Source of the DNA: Rhodospirillaceae bacterium
GTDB lineage: Bacteria > Pseudomonadota > Alphaproteobacteria > Rhodospirillales > 2-02-FULL-58-16
Reading direction: 5' to 3'
Length of the DNA: 32,711 nt
NCBI GenBank assembly: GCA_013349695.1
Contig: DUZD01000003.1
Location: 1-32,711, forward strand
This document shows positions 21,307 to 30,600 of this stretch, one piece after another (positions within the stretch are counted from its first letter, which is position 1; each line of letters starts with the position of its first letter). Made by a program: the position numbers and the translations under genes. A model generated the notes under the pieces. That model was given only the letters and a program-made list of their open reading frames with translations. It did no database searches and had not been told where the DNA came from.

Positions 21307-21790
21307 CGATGTCCGCTTCCTTCAGCCACCTCGCCCAGTTGCCGCGGCCGGTGAGCGTCGCCCGGCGGCTATTGGCGTCGCCGCCGTGCGCCAGCGACAG
21401 CCAACAATGGTCGCCGGGCAGGAGCCGGCCCAGCCGTTCCGGCCATTCGATCAGCGAAATGCCGCCCGCGAAGGCCTCCTCGATTCCCAGCTCGAAAGCC
21501 TCGTCCGGCCCGGCCAAGCGGAACAGGTCGAAGTGATGGACGGTGACCCAGTCCAGATCATAGGCCTGGACCAAAGTGAACGTCGGGCTGGGGATTTCCT
21601 CGGGGTTTGGCGCCAGCGCGTTGATGAAAGCGCGGGCGAAGACGGTCTTGCCGGCGCCGAGCTCGCCGGCCAGCGCGAAAACGTCGCCGGCCCGCGCCAG
21701 CCTGGCCAAGGCTCCGGCGAGGGCGGCCGTCGCCGCCTCCGAGGCCAGGCCGATGACGACGGAATGGTCCGTTGATTGGGCCTCGGGCAT
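21299..21790 (-). CDS. tsaE: tRNA threonylcarbamoyladenosine biosynthesis ATPase
   Basis: GELGAGKT, PSPTFTLVQ, HFDLFRL, LIEWPE. Confidence 0.95.
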   Translation of the reverse strand: MPEAQSTDHSVVIGLASEAATAALAGALARLARAGDVFALAGELGAGKTVFARAFINALAPNPEEIPSPTFTLVQAYDLDWVTVHHFDLFRLAGPDEAFELGIEEAFAGGISLIEWPERLGRLLPGDHCWLSLAHGGDANSRRATLTGRGNWARWLKEADIDV

Positions 21791-21903
21791 GTCCCGTCTT
21801 TCCATCGGCTCGCAAACAGGCCACAATGTGGGGGCGTACGACAGTCGTTCGCCAAGCTGCTGAACAGCACGCCAATAATAACCCCGCGGGTCGGCGAGTT
21901 TCC

Positions 21904-22932
21904 ATGGTCAAAACGCCCGAAAGCACCGATGTGGCGATTATCGGCGCCGGCCCCGCCGGTTTGTTCGCCGTTTTCGAATGCGGCATGATGAACATGCGCT
22001 GTCACGTCATCGACGTGCTGGAGGCGGTCGGCGGCCAATGCCAGGCCCTCTATCCGGAGAAGCCCATTTTCGACATTCCCGGCCATCCCGAGATTCTGGC
22101 CGGCGATCTGGTGATGAAGCTGGAACGGCAGGCGGCGCCGTTCGATCCCGTCTATCATCTGGGCCAGCAGGTGGTGAAGCTGGCGCAAGGGGAACGGGGG
22201 CGCTGGTTGCTGGAAACCTCGCGGGGCGTTTCGATCGACGCCCGGGTGGTGTTCGTCGCCGCCGGGGTCGGGGCGTTTGGCCCGAAGCGGCCGCCGCTTC
22301 AAGGCATCGAGCGGTTCGAGGGCAAAAGCATCCACTACCTGGTCAAAAACCGCGAGGATTTCCGGGGAAAAAAAGTAGTCATCGCCGGCGGCGGCGATTC
22401 GGCGGTGGACTGGGCGATATCGCTCTCTGGGCTGGCGGCGAAGGTTTCCGTGGTCCATCGGCGGGCCAAGTTCCGCGCCGCGCCGGCCAGCGCCGAGAAG
22501 CTGCAAAAGCTGGCCGACGGCGGCGCCGTCGATCTGGTGATCCCCTTTCAACTGGCCGCCATCGAGGGCGATGGCGACAGTTTGAAGGCGGTGCTCGCCC
22601 GCGACCTGGACGGAAACGAAAGACGCCTGGAGGCGGACGCGCTGTTGGCCTTTTTCGGCCTGTCGCAGAACCTTGGGCCGATCGTCGATTGGGAGCTCGA
22701 CCTGAACGGCGGCTTGATCGCCGTCGACCCGGCGACCGGCGCCACCAACAAGCCGGGCATTTTCGCGATCGGCGACATCGCCACCTATCCGGGCAAGTTG
22801 AAATTGATCCTGAGCGGCTTCGCCGAGGTGGCGCAAGCGGCGCGGGCCGCCCATCCCCTGGTCCATCCGGGCGAGGAGCTACATTTCGAGTACTCTACCA
22901 TCCAGGGCGTGCCGGGCAAGACACGAGGTTAA
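21904..22932 (+). CDS. Ferredoxin--NADP+ reductase, thioredoxin-reductase-like (YumC type)
   Basis: IIGAGPAGLF, GGQCQALYPEKPIFDIPG, GGGDSAVDW, GDIATYPGKLKLILSGF; lacks the TrxB CxxC. Confidence 0.9.
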   Translation: MVKTPESTDVAIIGAGPAGLFAVFECGMMNMRCHVIDVLEAVGGQCQALYPEKPIFDIPGHPEILAGDLVMKLERQAAPFDPVYHLGQQVVKLAQGERGRWLLETSRGVSIDARVVFVAAGVGAFGPKRPPLQGIERFEGKSIHYLVKNREDFRGKKVVIAGGGDSAVDWAISLSGLAAKVSVVHRRAKFRAAPASAEKLQKLADGGAVDLVIPFQLAAIEGDGDSLKAVLARDLDGNERRLEADALLAFFGLSQNLGPIVDWELDLNGGLIAVDPATGATNKPGIFAIGDIATYPGKLKLILSGFAEVAQAARAAHPLVHPGEELHFEYSTIQGVPGKTRG

Positions 22933-23057
22933 TTCGGTGACAGCATACTAATTTCCTGTTTCCTCCGTCCCCATTTCGCCAAGCGGTGCCGATCGCTGTC
23001 CCCCGACTGCACGCTATTCTATTGGTCGTCATTTGCCGCCTCCCTTAATTTCTTTTA

Positions 23058-24218
23058 GGGCACGTAACAAAACAATTGAATCGTATTGCCTCGGTCTGTC
23101 GGTGAGGGGTTCCGCATCCTTCGGGTATGCACTATATTTGGTATATGCAGGACACGGAAGGCATCAGGTATCGTTACGAGGCGCTTTATCCGCACCTTGA
23201 CGAGAAGGCACGGCGGCTCTTTGCCGCCGCGGAGGCGCGGACGGTGGGATGGGGCGAGATCAAGCTGGTATGCGAGATCACAGGGATTGCCCGCTCGACG
23301 ATCGGGCGCGGTCTTGATGAACTTGACGGCAAGACGGAGTCGCTCGGGGAAGGGCGGGTTCGGCGTCGCGGCGGTGGCCGCAAGCTGGAGACGGAGAAGC
23401 AACCGAGTTTGCTGGGAGCCCTTGAGAGCCTTGTCGCGCCAGCCACGCGCGGCGATCCGGAAAGGCCGTTGCCTTGGGTTTCAAAAAGCTATCGGCACCT
23501 TGCGAACGGCTTGAGGGAGCTTGGTTTTTCGGTCAGCCACCAACTGGTGGGGCGGCTCCTTGATCGGCTAGGCTACACTCTTCAGGCGAACGTGAAGAGG
23601 CGAGAAGGAACCCATCATCCCGACCGGGACGGCCAATTCGAGCACATCAACGGCCGGGTAACGGATTTCCTGGCCGCCGGGCAGCCGGTGATCTCGGTGG
23701 ACACGAAGAAGAAGGAACTGGTGGGCGACTTCAAGAACGGCGGGCGCGAGTGGCGACCGCAAGGCAAGCCCGAAGAGGTCAACGTGCATGACTTCGCCGA
23801 CAAGAAGCTTGGCAAGGTGGCGCCCTACGGCGGCTCCAACGGAGCCCGGGTCCGGCTATGGAAGGTCGAACTGCAAAAGCTCGCCTCCGAATTGGGGCTT
23901 GAGATCATGGTTTGCTATCTGCCGCCCGGCACCAGCAAATGGAACCGCATCGAACACCGCCTGTTTTCGTTCATCAGCCAAAACTGGCGTGGCAAGCCGT
24001 TGCGGACGCTCGCCACCATTGTCAACCTGATCGGCGCGACCACGACAAACACGGGACTCAAGGTCTATTGCGATGTGGACCATAACGCCTATCCCAAAGG
24101 TGTCGCCGTCAGCGATGATGAAATGACTGCCCTCAACATCCGACGCGCCGAATTCCATGGCCAATGGAACTACTCCTTCCTGCCCGCATAAACGAAGCAG
24201 TTTTTTTGTTACGTGCCC
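23058..24218. mobile_element. ISAzo13-family insertion sequence (internally deleted)
   Basis: Terminal inverted repeats GGGCACGTAACAAAA (15/15 perfect, 23/27 extended), flanked by TTA and TAA; contains an ISAzo13-type transposase. Confidence 0.92.
23145..24191 (+). pseudogene. ISAzo13-family DDE transposase with in-frame internal deletion
   Basis: Motifs LDEKARRLFAAAEA, RGDPERPL, HPDRDGQF, ISVDTKKKELVG, PPGTSKWNRIEHRLF. PYG is joined directly to GSNG. Confidence 0.8.
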
Positions 24219-24363
24219 TAAGGCGATGCGACGCATCATGCCCCCTTACGTATTCCAGCGAGATTAGAGTCGGATTCTCCCACCAAAATCCGGTCGGATC
24301 AACTGCTCCTTGCCCCGAGGCACGAAAGGGTTCATCGGCCTGGACGTTCGGTTCCGGTTTGGC

Positions 24364-25137
24364 CTATTTGTCGGTGAATTTGGGCTGGCGCTTTTCGGCA
24401 AAGGCGGCCATGCCTTCCTTCTGGTCATCGGTGGCGAAGGTGGCGTGAAACAGGCGCCTTTCGTAACGGATACCTTCGGCAAGAGGGGTTTCCTGGGACC
24501 GCAATACCGCTTCTTTTGCCATCATGACGGTTGGCCTGGACATCTCGGCGATGGCATCGGCCGTCTTCACCGCCTCGTCCACCAGATTGCCGGCGACGAC
24601 GCGGCTGACCAAACCGGAGCTCTCGGCTTCCACGGCCTCCATGATACGGCCGGTGAGAATCATCTCCATCGCCTTCGACTTGCCGACCAAACGGGTCAGA
24701 CGCTGGGTTCCCCCCGCCCCGGGGATCGTGCCGATGGTGATTTCCGGCTGGCTGAACTTGGCGTTGTCGGCGGCGAGAATGAAATCGCACATCATGGCGA
24801 TTTCACAACCGCCGCCCAAGGCGTAGCCGGCGACGGCGGCGATCACCGGCTTGCGGCACGTGGCGATGCGTTCCCAGTCCTTGCTAATGAAATCCTCGCT
24901 GTAGGCCTCGATAAAGGACTTGTCCCTGATCTCCTTGATGTCGGCGCCGGCGGCGAAAACCTTATCCGAACCGGTAATGACGATGGCGCCGATTTCGTCG
25001 TCGTCCTCGAATTCGTCGAGGGCCAGCTTAAGTTCCCCGATCAAGGCGACGTTAAGCGCGTTCATCGCTTTCGGGCGGTTGAGCGTGATCAGGCCGACGC
25101 GGCCTCTTTTCTCGACAATGATGTTCTCGTGTGCCAA
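24364..25137 (-). CDS. Enoyl-CoA hydratase
   Basis: [49 protein letters not shown]; TTG start after AAGGAGG. Confidence 0.95.
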   Translation of the reverse strand: MAHENIIVEKRGRVGLITLNRPKAMNALNVALIGELKLALDEFEDDDEIGAIVITGSDKVFAAGADIKEIRDKSFIEAYSEDFISKDWERIATCRKPVIAAVAGYALGGGCEIAMMCDFILAADNAKFSQPEITIGTIPGAGGTQRLTRLVGKSKAMEMILTGRIMEAVEAESSGLVSRVVAGNLVDEAVKTADAIAEMSRPTVMMAKEAVLRSQETPLAEGIRYERRLFHATFATDDQKEGMAAFAEKRQPKFTDK

Positions 25138-25266
25138 CTGACCCCTCCTTCAAGACCAAGACGCTAGCGCAAATCCCGAGCGGATGGACTCATCCGCGAC
25201 GACGCATTTGCGTTTAAAACAAATAGATAGAGCATTTCAGGTGAACGCATGTGAACCGGAAATGCT

Positions 25267-25674
25267 CTATCGGGCGGCGGCGGCGTTTGCCGGCGACAGC
25301 GCGAACCGCACCGTCAGGGCCGGTTTCGCGGCGGCGGTGGAAAATTCCAGTTTCAGGATCTCGTTTTCCCGCTGAAAGGTGGTTTCGCCGCGTCGCCGCC
25401 AGCCCAGTTGCGGCAGGGTCGAGGCGTAGAATTCCAGAACTTGCCGCCGCGTCACGGCGCCGGAAGCGTAGGATTCGACAATCCGGCCCGCCACCGTGTC
25501 GAAGACCATGCTTTCCTCTTCAGCCTCGCGCAAGCCGTCCATCAGCGGCAGGTCCTCGATGCCGCTGACGAAGGCGACGCCATCGCGGTCGGCCGCCGCC
25601 AGTCCCCAACAGCCCATCTGGACAGTGAAGAGGACGGCGGCCAGAAACGTAAACCGACGCAACGAACGGGACAT
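25267..25674 (-). CDS. Hypothetical secreted protein
   Basis: Signal-peptide-like N-terminus; co-oriented between mutM and the hydratase; EDLPLMDGL...FDTVAGRIVE...FYASTLPQLGW reads as a natural protein. Confidence 0.75.
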   Translation of the reverse strand: MSRSLRRFTFLAAVLFTVQMGCWGLAAADRDGVAFVSGIEDLPLMDGLREAEEESMVFDTVAGRIVESYASGAVTRRQVLEFYASTLPQLGWRRRGETTFQRENEILKLEFSTAAAKPALTVRFALSPANAAAAR

Positions 25675-25689
25675 AAGATTGCTATTTAA

Positions 25690-26532
25690 TCACCGCTGGC
25701 GAGATGAACAATAAAAAGTTGCCCGTCCCGCCTGAACGATCCGCCTGACGCCGGCCGTTTTTGCGATCTCGCAATCGCATCCGGGGCAGGCCAGGCCTTG
25801 GCGTCCATAGACGGCGAAACGGTGTTGGAAATAGCCGAACCCGCCGTCGGGCAAGCGGTGATCGCGAAGGCTCGAGCCGCCGGCCTCGATGGCTTCCGCC
25901 AGCACCTCGCGGATGGCGGCGGCGAGGCGCCGGGCCCGCCGGCCCTTGACCGACGCCGCCTTTCTCTTCGGCGATATGCCGGCTCTATGGAGGCTTTCCG
26001 AGGCATAGATATTTCCCATCCCGGCGACCACGGCCTGATCCATGATCGCCGTCTTGATGGGGGCTTTCCGCCCATTGAGGCGCGATTCCAACCAAGCCGC
26101 GCCGAAATCGGCGCTCAATGGCTCCGGGCCGAGGCCGGAGAGCAAGGGATGCAAGGCGAGCTCCGGTTCGGGAACCAAATCCATGAAACCGAAGCGCCGG
26201 GGATCCGAGAAGCGGATGGTGGCGGCGGCGTCGGTCTCGAAGGTCACGTGATCGTGAACGTCCGCCGCCGCCGGTGGTTTCTCGAAGACCTTGAAGTGGC
26301 CCGACATGCCGAGATGCATGATCAACACCCAGCCGTCGTCCAGGGTGGCGAGAATGAACTTGCCCCGCCGCCCCAGGGCGAGGACGCGGCGCCCGGTCAA
26401 ACGCCGGACGAAGCCGGCCGGCAGGGGAAACCTGAGATCGGCGCGCCGTTGAAGGACGCGGCGCAACAACTTGCCCTCGAGGACGGGGACAAGGCCCAGT
26501 CGGACGGTTTCGACTTCGGGCAGCTCGGGCAT
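25690..26532 (-). CDS. mutM: Formamidopyrimidine-DNA glycosylase
   Basis: MPELPEVET, RRGKF, HLGMSG, DPRRFG, GMGNIYASE and a C-terminal Zn finger. Confidence 0.98.
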   Translation of the reverse strand: MPELPEVETVRLGLVPVLEGKLLRRVLQRRADLRFPLPAGFVRRLTGRRVLALGRRGKFILATLDDGWVLIMHLGMSGHFKVFEKPPAAADVHDHVTFETDAAATIRFSDPRRFGFMDLVPEPELALHPLLSGLGPEPLSADFGAAWLESRLNGRKAPIKTAIMDQAVVAGMGNIYASESLHRAGISPKRKAASVKGRRARRLAAAIREVLAEAIEAGGSSLRDHRLPDGGFGYFQHRFAVYGRQGLACPGCDCEIAKTAGVRRIVQAGRATFYCSSRQR

Positions 26533-26579
26533 CGGTTCAAGGTAGCGCATGGGACCGGCTTAGGCTATGGTTCGCCGCC

Positions 26580-27365
26580 ATGTCCCGACCCCGTAAGATC
26601 AAGTCTCCGCCCCAGCGCCGGCAACATGCGGGCGCGACCACCCATTTCGGATTCAAGAGCGTCGCCGAGGACGAAAAGGCGTCGCTGGTGGGCGCCGTTT
26701 TCGACAGCGTCGCGCCGCGCTACGACCTGATGAACGACCTGATGAGCTTGGGCATCCACCGTCTGTGGAAGGCGGCCCTGATGGACCGGCTGCATCCGCG
26801 TCCGCGAATGCGGCTCCTTGACGTCGGCGGCGGCACCGGCGATATCGCCATTCGCTTTCGGAAGCGCGGCGGCGGCCATGTCACCGTCTTGGACGTCAAC
26901 AAGGAGATGCTCGCCGTCGGCCGCGGCCGCGCCATCGACCGGGGGCTGTTGGATGGCATCTCCTGGGTTTCGGGCGACGCCGAGCGCCTGCCCGTGGAAG
27001 ACGGCTGCGTGGACGCCTACACGACGGCGTTTTGCATCCGCAACGTCACCCGCGTGGAACGGGTCTTGCGGGAGGCGAGGCGGGTGCTCGGGCCCGGCGG
27101 GCGGTTCCTTTGCCTGGAATTCAGCCGGGTGGCGCTGCCGCTCCTGGGCCGGCTTTACGACGCCTATTCCTTCCGCATGCTGCCGGCCCTGGGACAGGCG
27201 GTGGCGGGCGACCGCGAGGCCTACGTCTATTTGGCGGAAAGCATTCGCCGTTTCCCGCCGCAGGAGGCCTTCGCCGCGATGATCGCCGAGGCCGGCCTGG
27301 ATCGGGTCGAGGTGTGCAACCTTTCCGGCGGCATCGCCGCCATCCATTCGGCCTGGCGAATCTGA
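26580..27365 (+). CDS. ubiE: Ubiquinone/menaquinone C-methyltransferase
   Basis: THFGF, VFDSVAPRYDLMNDLMSLGIHRLWK, LDVGGGTGDIA, CLEFS, YLAESIRRFP. Confidence 0.97.
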   Translation: MSRPRKIKSPPQRRQHAGATTHFGFKSVAEDEKASLVGAVFDSVAPRYDLMNDLMSLGIHRLWKAALMDRLHPRPRMRLLDVGGGTGDIAIRFRKRGGGHVTVLDVNKEMLAVGRGRAIDRGLLDGISWVSGDAERLPVEDGCVDAYTTAFCIRNVTRVERVLREARRVLGPGGRFLCLEFSRVALPLLGRLYDAYSFRMLPALGQAVAGDREAYVYLAESIRRFPPQEAFAAMIAEAGLDRVEVCNLSGGIAAIHSAWRI

Positions 27366-27424
27366 GCGGGCTGGCAGCCCGTTGACGAAGTCGTCCTCCA
27401 CTGATTCAATGATCGAGTAACTAA

Positions 27425-27591
27425 GGGCTCGTCACAAAATAACCGTGTCACTTCACTTCCGTCGTCATGCCCGGCCTTGAGCCGGGTATCCACGCGGTCG
27501 ATGCCGAGCGCGGGACCCGTGGATGGCCGAATCAAGTCCGGCCATGACGACGGAAGGGAGGATGGTGATTCATTTATTCTGTTACGGTCAC
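27425..27591. mobile_element. Putative MITE with ISAzo13-like ends enclosing a REP doublet
   Basis: Ends GGGCTCGTCACAAAATAA and (rc) GTGACCGTAACAGAATAA match the IS left end GGGCACGTAACAAAACAA at 15/18 and 13/18; flanked by TAA and TTA. Confidence 0.6.
27456..27556. repeat. REP doublet (GTCATGCCCGG...CCGGCCATGAC type)
   Basis: Perfect outer inverted repeat CTTCCGTCGTCATG/CATGACGACGGAAG; inner units GTCATGCCCGGCCTTGAGCCGGGTATCCAC and GTGGATGGCCGAATCAAGTCCGGCCATGAC. Confidence 0.85.
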
Positions 27592-27597
27592 TTAAGG

Positions 27598-27633
27598 TCG
27601 GCGGCCAACTGATCAACGGTCTGGGTCGCCGTC
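27598..27633. repeat. Imperfect direct repeat, copy A (overlaps the stop codon of the TIR-CHAT gene)
   Basis: 31/36 identical to 32140..32175. Confidence 0.8.
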
Positions 27634-30600
27634 GCGGATGGACTCGGCCAGGGCGTCGAGGATTTCCCGGAGCTTCGCCGGCAGGGCGCCGGGAACCGGG
27701 GGCGGGGGCTTGCCGTCGGCGACGGCGCGGAGGAAGGCGCCGACGGCGTCCAGGGGCGCCGGGTAGTCCGCCAGTCGGGCGAGGGCCTCGGCCGCGTCGG
27801 GCGGCAGGGCGCCGCCGCCACGGGCCTGGAAGGCCGCCTGGGCGAGGGCCAGGATCGCTTTCACCAGGTCGTCGGGCACGGCCCCGTCCTCGCCGCCACC
27901 CCGGCGTAGCCGCCCGATCTCCTCGACCTTGGTGTCATGCTTGGCTTGCCATTCGGCGGCGGCGGCGGTGTCGCCCCGGGCGCGGGCGATCTTGGCGAGG
28001 TTGCCGTAGTCCATGTATACGTCGGGGAGGCGGAGCGATTCGCAGATGGCGAGCGATTCGCGGGCGTTCCGCTCGGCCTCGTCCAGTTCGCCCAGCATGC
28101 GGTGGAGAACGCCGAGTTGAAAATGGGATTTCGCCGCGCCGGGGCGGTCGTTCATTTCCAGCACTATCGCCAAGCTTTCCCTTATGGAGTCGACCGCCCG
28201 GCGAAGCCAGGCCTCGCGCTCCCCAGGGTCCTTTGTCTGCTCGGCGCGATTCTGGTGAAGTATGCCGACATTGTGGGCGTTGGCGGCCAGTTGCCGCCGG
28301 TCATTGAGGCGCTTCGCCAGTTCCCGTGCGCGCCCATACCAGGCCTCCGCCACATCAAGCTGTCCGCGTTGCGCCTCCGCGTTGGCCAGCAAGTCGGCGG
28401 TTTGCATCTCTCCACCCGCATCGTCGGCCCGACGGAAGAACTCCAGCGCCTGCTGGTAGAGCGCGACGGCGCGGTCGAAGCGACCCTGCGCGCCGTGCAA
28501 GATTCCCTGGTGCTGAAGGAACGTCCCCTGTAGTTCGAGGTCGCCCGCGTCCCGGGCGGCGGCAAGCGCCTCGGTGTAGCGGGCATCGGCCTCCGCGTAA
28601 CGCTGCAGCCTTGTCAGGATGGTGGCTGCTCGTCCCAGACCGGCAGCCACCTCCCGGTCGTGGCCGAGGTCGCGTCTGATGGCGAGGCCGCGCTCGGAAG
28701 CCTCCAGGGCTTCATCGAAGCGCCCCAATTCCATCAGCGCGTTGGCGAGGTCGCCCAGGGCGGCCGCGAGATTGCCGCGCTGGGCCTCGCCGAGGCCTTC
28801 GAATTGGGCGATGGCCCTCCCGAGCGGCTCGAGCGCCCGGTCCGGGCGGCCATGGGAGTCAAGCAACCGGCCCAGATAAAGTTGGCTCAGCGCCAACTGT
28901 AACGCCGGATCCGCGCTGTCCGCCAGGCCTTCGTCCGCGAGCCTGCGAATCAGATCCTCCAGGGTGGCGATGGCCTCGTCCCCATGGCCCTGGGTGAAGC
29001 GGCTCCAGGCATGGTCCCGAATCGCCGCGCAGGCGGCCCCGTCCAGCGTCTCGTCCACCGGCATCCGCTCCCGCACCCAGGCCACCACTTCGTCCCGTTC
29101 GCGAGGCCGCCCGGCCATTTGCAGGAATGTCCGCAACGTGCCGGCCAACGCCTGACCCTCGGACCGGCCGCCACGCCGGAAGGCCCGGCGGATGGCGGCG
29201 CGGTAGTTGGCTTCCTCCAGGCTCATGCTCAGCATCGCGGCGGCGGGCTGGCCGCCCCGGAGCGCCTTGTCGGTCGCCCGCATATCGGCGAGGTAGACTC
29301 CGATGAAGCGCTTCTCGGTGGCCTCCGGGTCCGCAACGTCGGCCGCCCGGGCGGCGTGGGGCAGGGTCGGATGGAAGCGCAGAAAGGGGGTCGAAAAAAC
29401 CTCGACGGTCTCCACCCGCACCAAGGCCGTCGCCACCAGTTCCGCCCGCGTCGCTTCCCACGCCTCCGGGTCCAACTCCGCGAAAATGATGAACAACCCT
29501 TCGAACACACCGCCCCGGAACCAAGCGAGATAGGGCAGCGCCGCCTGGGCGGCCTCGCTGAGCCGGCGTTTGGAGAAGGCGAGCGAGGCAAGCAGCGACC
29601 TGTTGCGGCCCTCCGCCGCCGCCGCGTCGGCGAATTCCTCCAGCGGTTCGCCGAACTCTTCGCGGATTCGGTCCGGCGTCCGCGCCTTCAAATGGGGGGC
29701 GACCAGGGCGATGGAGAGGGGATGGTCGGCGAGGGCGTCGAGTAGCCGTTCCACCCGTTCCCGCTCGTAGCCCGGGCGGCCGGTGTCGATGGACTTGGCG
29801 TCGAGCACGGCGGCCAGCAGGTGCAGGCTGTCGGGGCGGGCGAGGCCCTCCAGGGCCACCTCCTTGATGGCGGGGAGCTCTGTTTCCTCCGGACGGCAGG
29901 TCACCAGCAAGCGGCCGAGGGGGGCGCCGTCGGTGAGGTCCCGGTAGAGCCGCGCCAGCCCTTGGCGCGCCTCGGCCGTGTAGACGCCCAGGCCGTCCGT
30001 GCCGCCGTCCGCCGCCTCTTCCCCTTCCTGGAACGCCGGCAGGGTGGATTCGAAGTTGTCCCAGACCAGCAAGACCCGGCGGGTCCTGAACAGCGCCACC
30101 GCCTGGCGCCATTGCTCCTCTTGCGGCAGCGCCGCGAAGCCTTCGTCCCCGAGGGCGGCGCCGATCCGCTGGGCCACCTGGTCCGCCCCCGCCCATTGTT
30201 CGAAGCTGACGAACACCGCCGCCTCGAAGCGGCCGGCGCGCAGCCACCACGCCGCCGCTTCCCGCGCCAGGGCCGTCTTGCCCATGCCCCCCATGGCGTG
30301 GAGCAGCACGGCGGGATGGTCGCGGAATTGCCGCTCCAGGGCCAGCAGTTCCCGAGCCCGTCCGTGGAAGCGGTACACCGGCGGCGGCGGAAATCCGTGA
30401 AGCCTTGCCGCCACGCCGGTCCGCGCCCACTCCCTTTCCGGTTCCGCCGCCGCGCCGGCGGTCAGCGCCGGGTCGTCTCCCACTTGGTAAAGCTGGGGAA
30501 TGAACCAGTCGTCCAGGTTCACCGTCTCGGCCTCGGGTCCCAGGTGCAGCCAGCGCGCCCGGTTTGCGTGCAAGGCCCGGCGGGCCTCGGCGAGGGCCTC

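Noticed and set aside
27367-27390. Hairpin CGGGCT/AGCCCG after ubiE as a terminator or IS end
   Set aside because: Short stem with no U-tract, and the resemblance to an IS end has no partner end.
27598-27633. Integron attC interpretation of the direct repeat
   Set aside because: It is too short, lacks clean RYYYAAC/GTTRRRY boxes, and no integron integrase is in the window.
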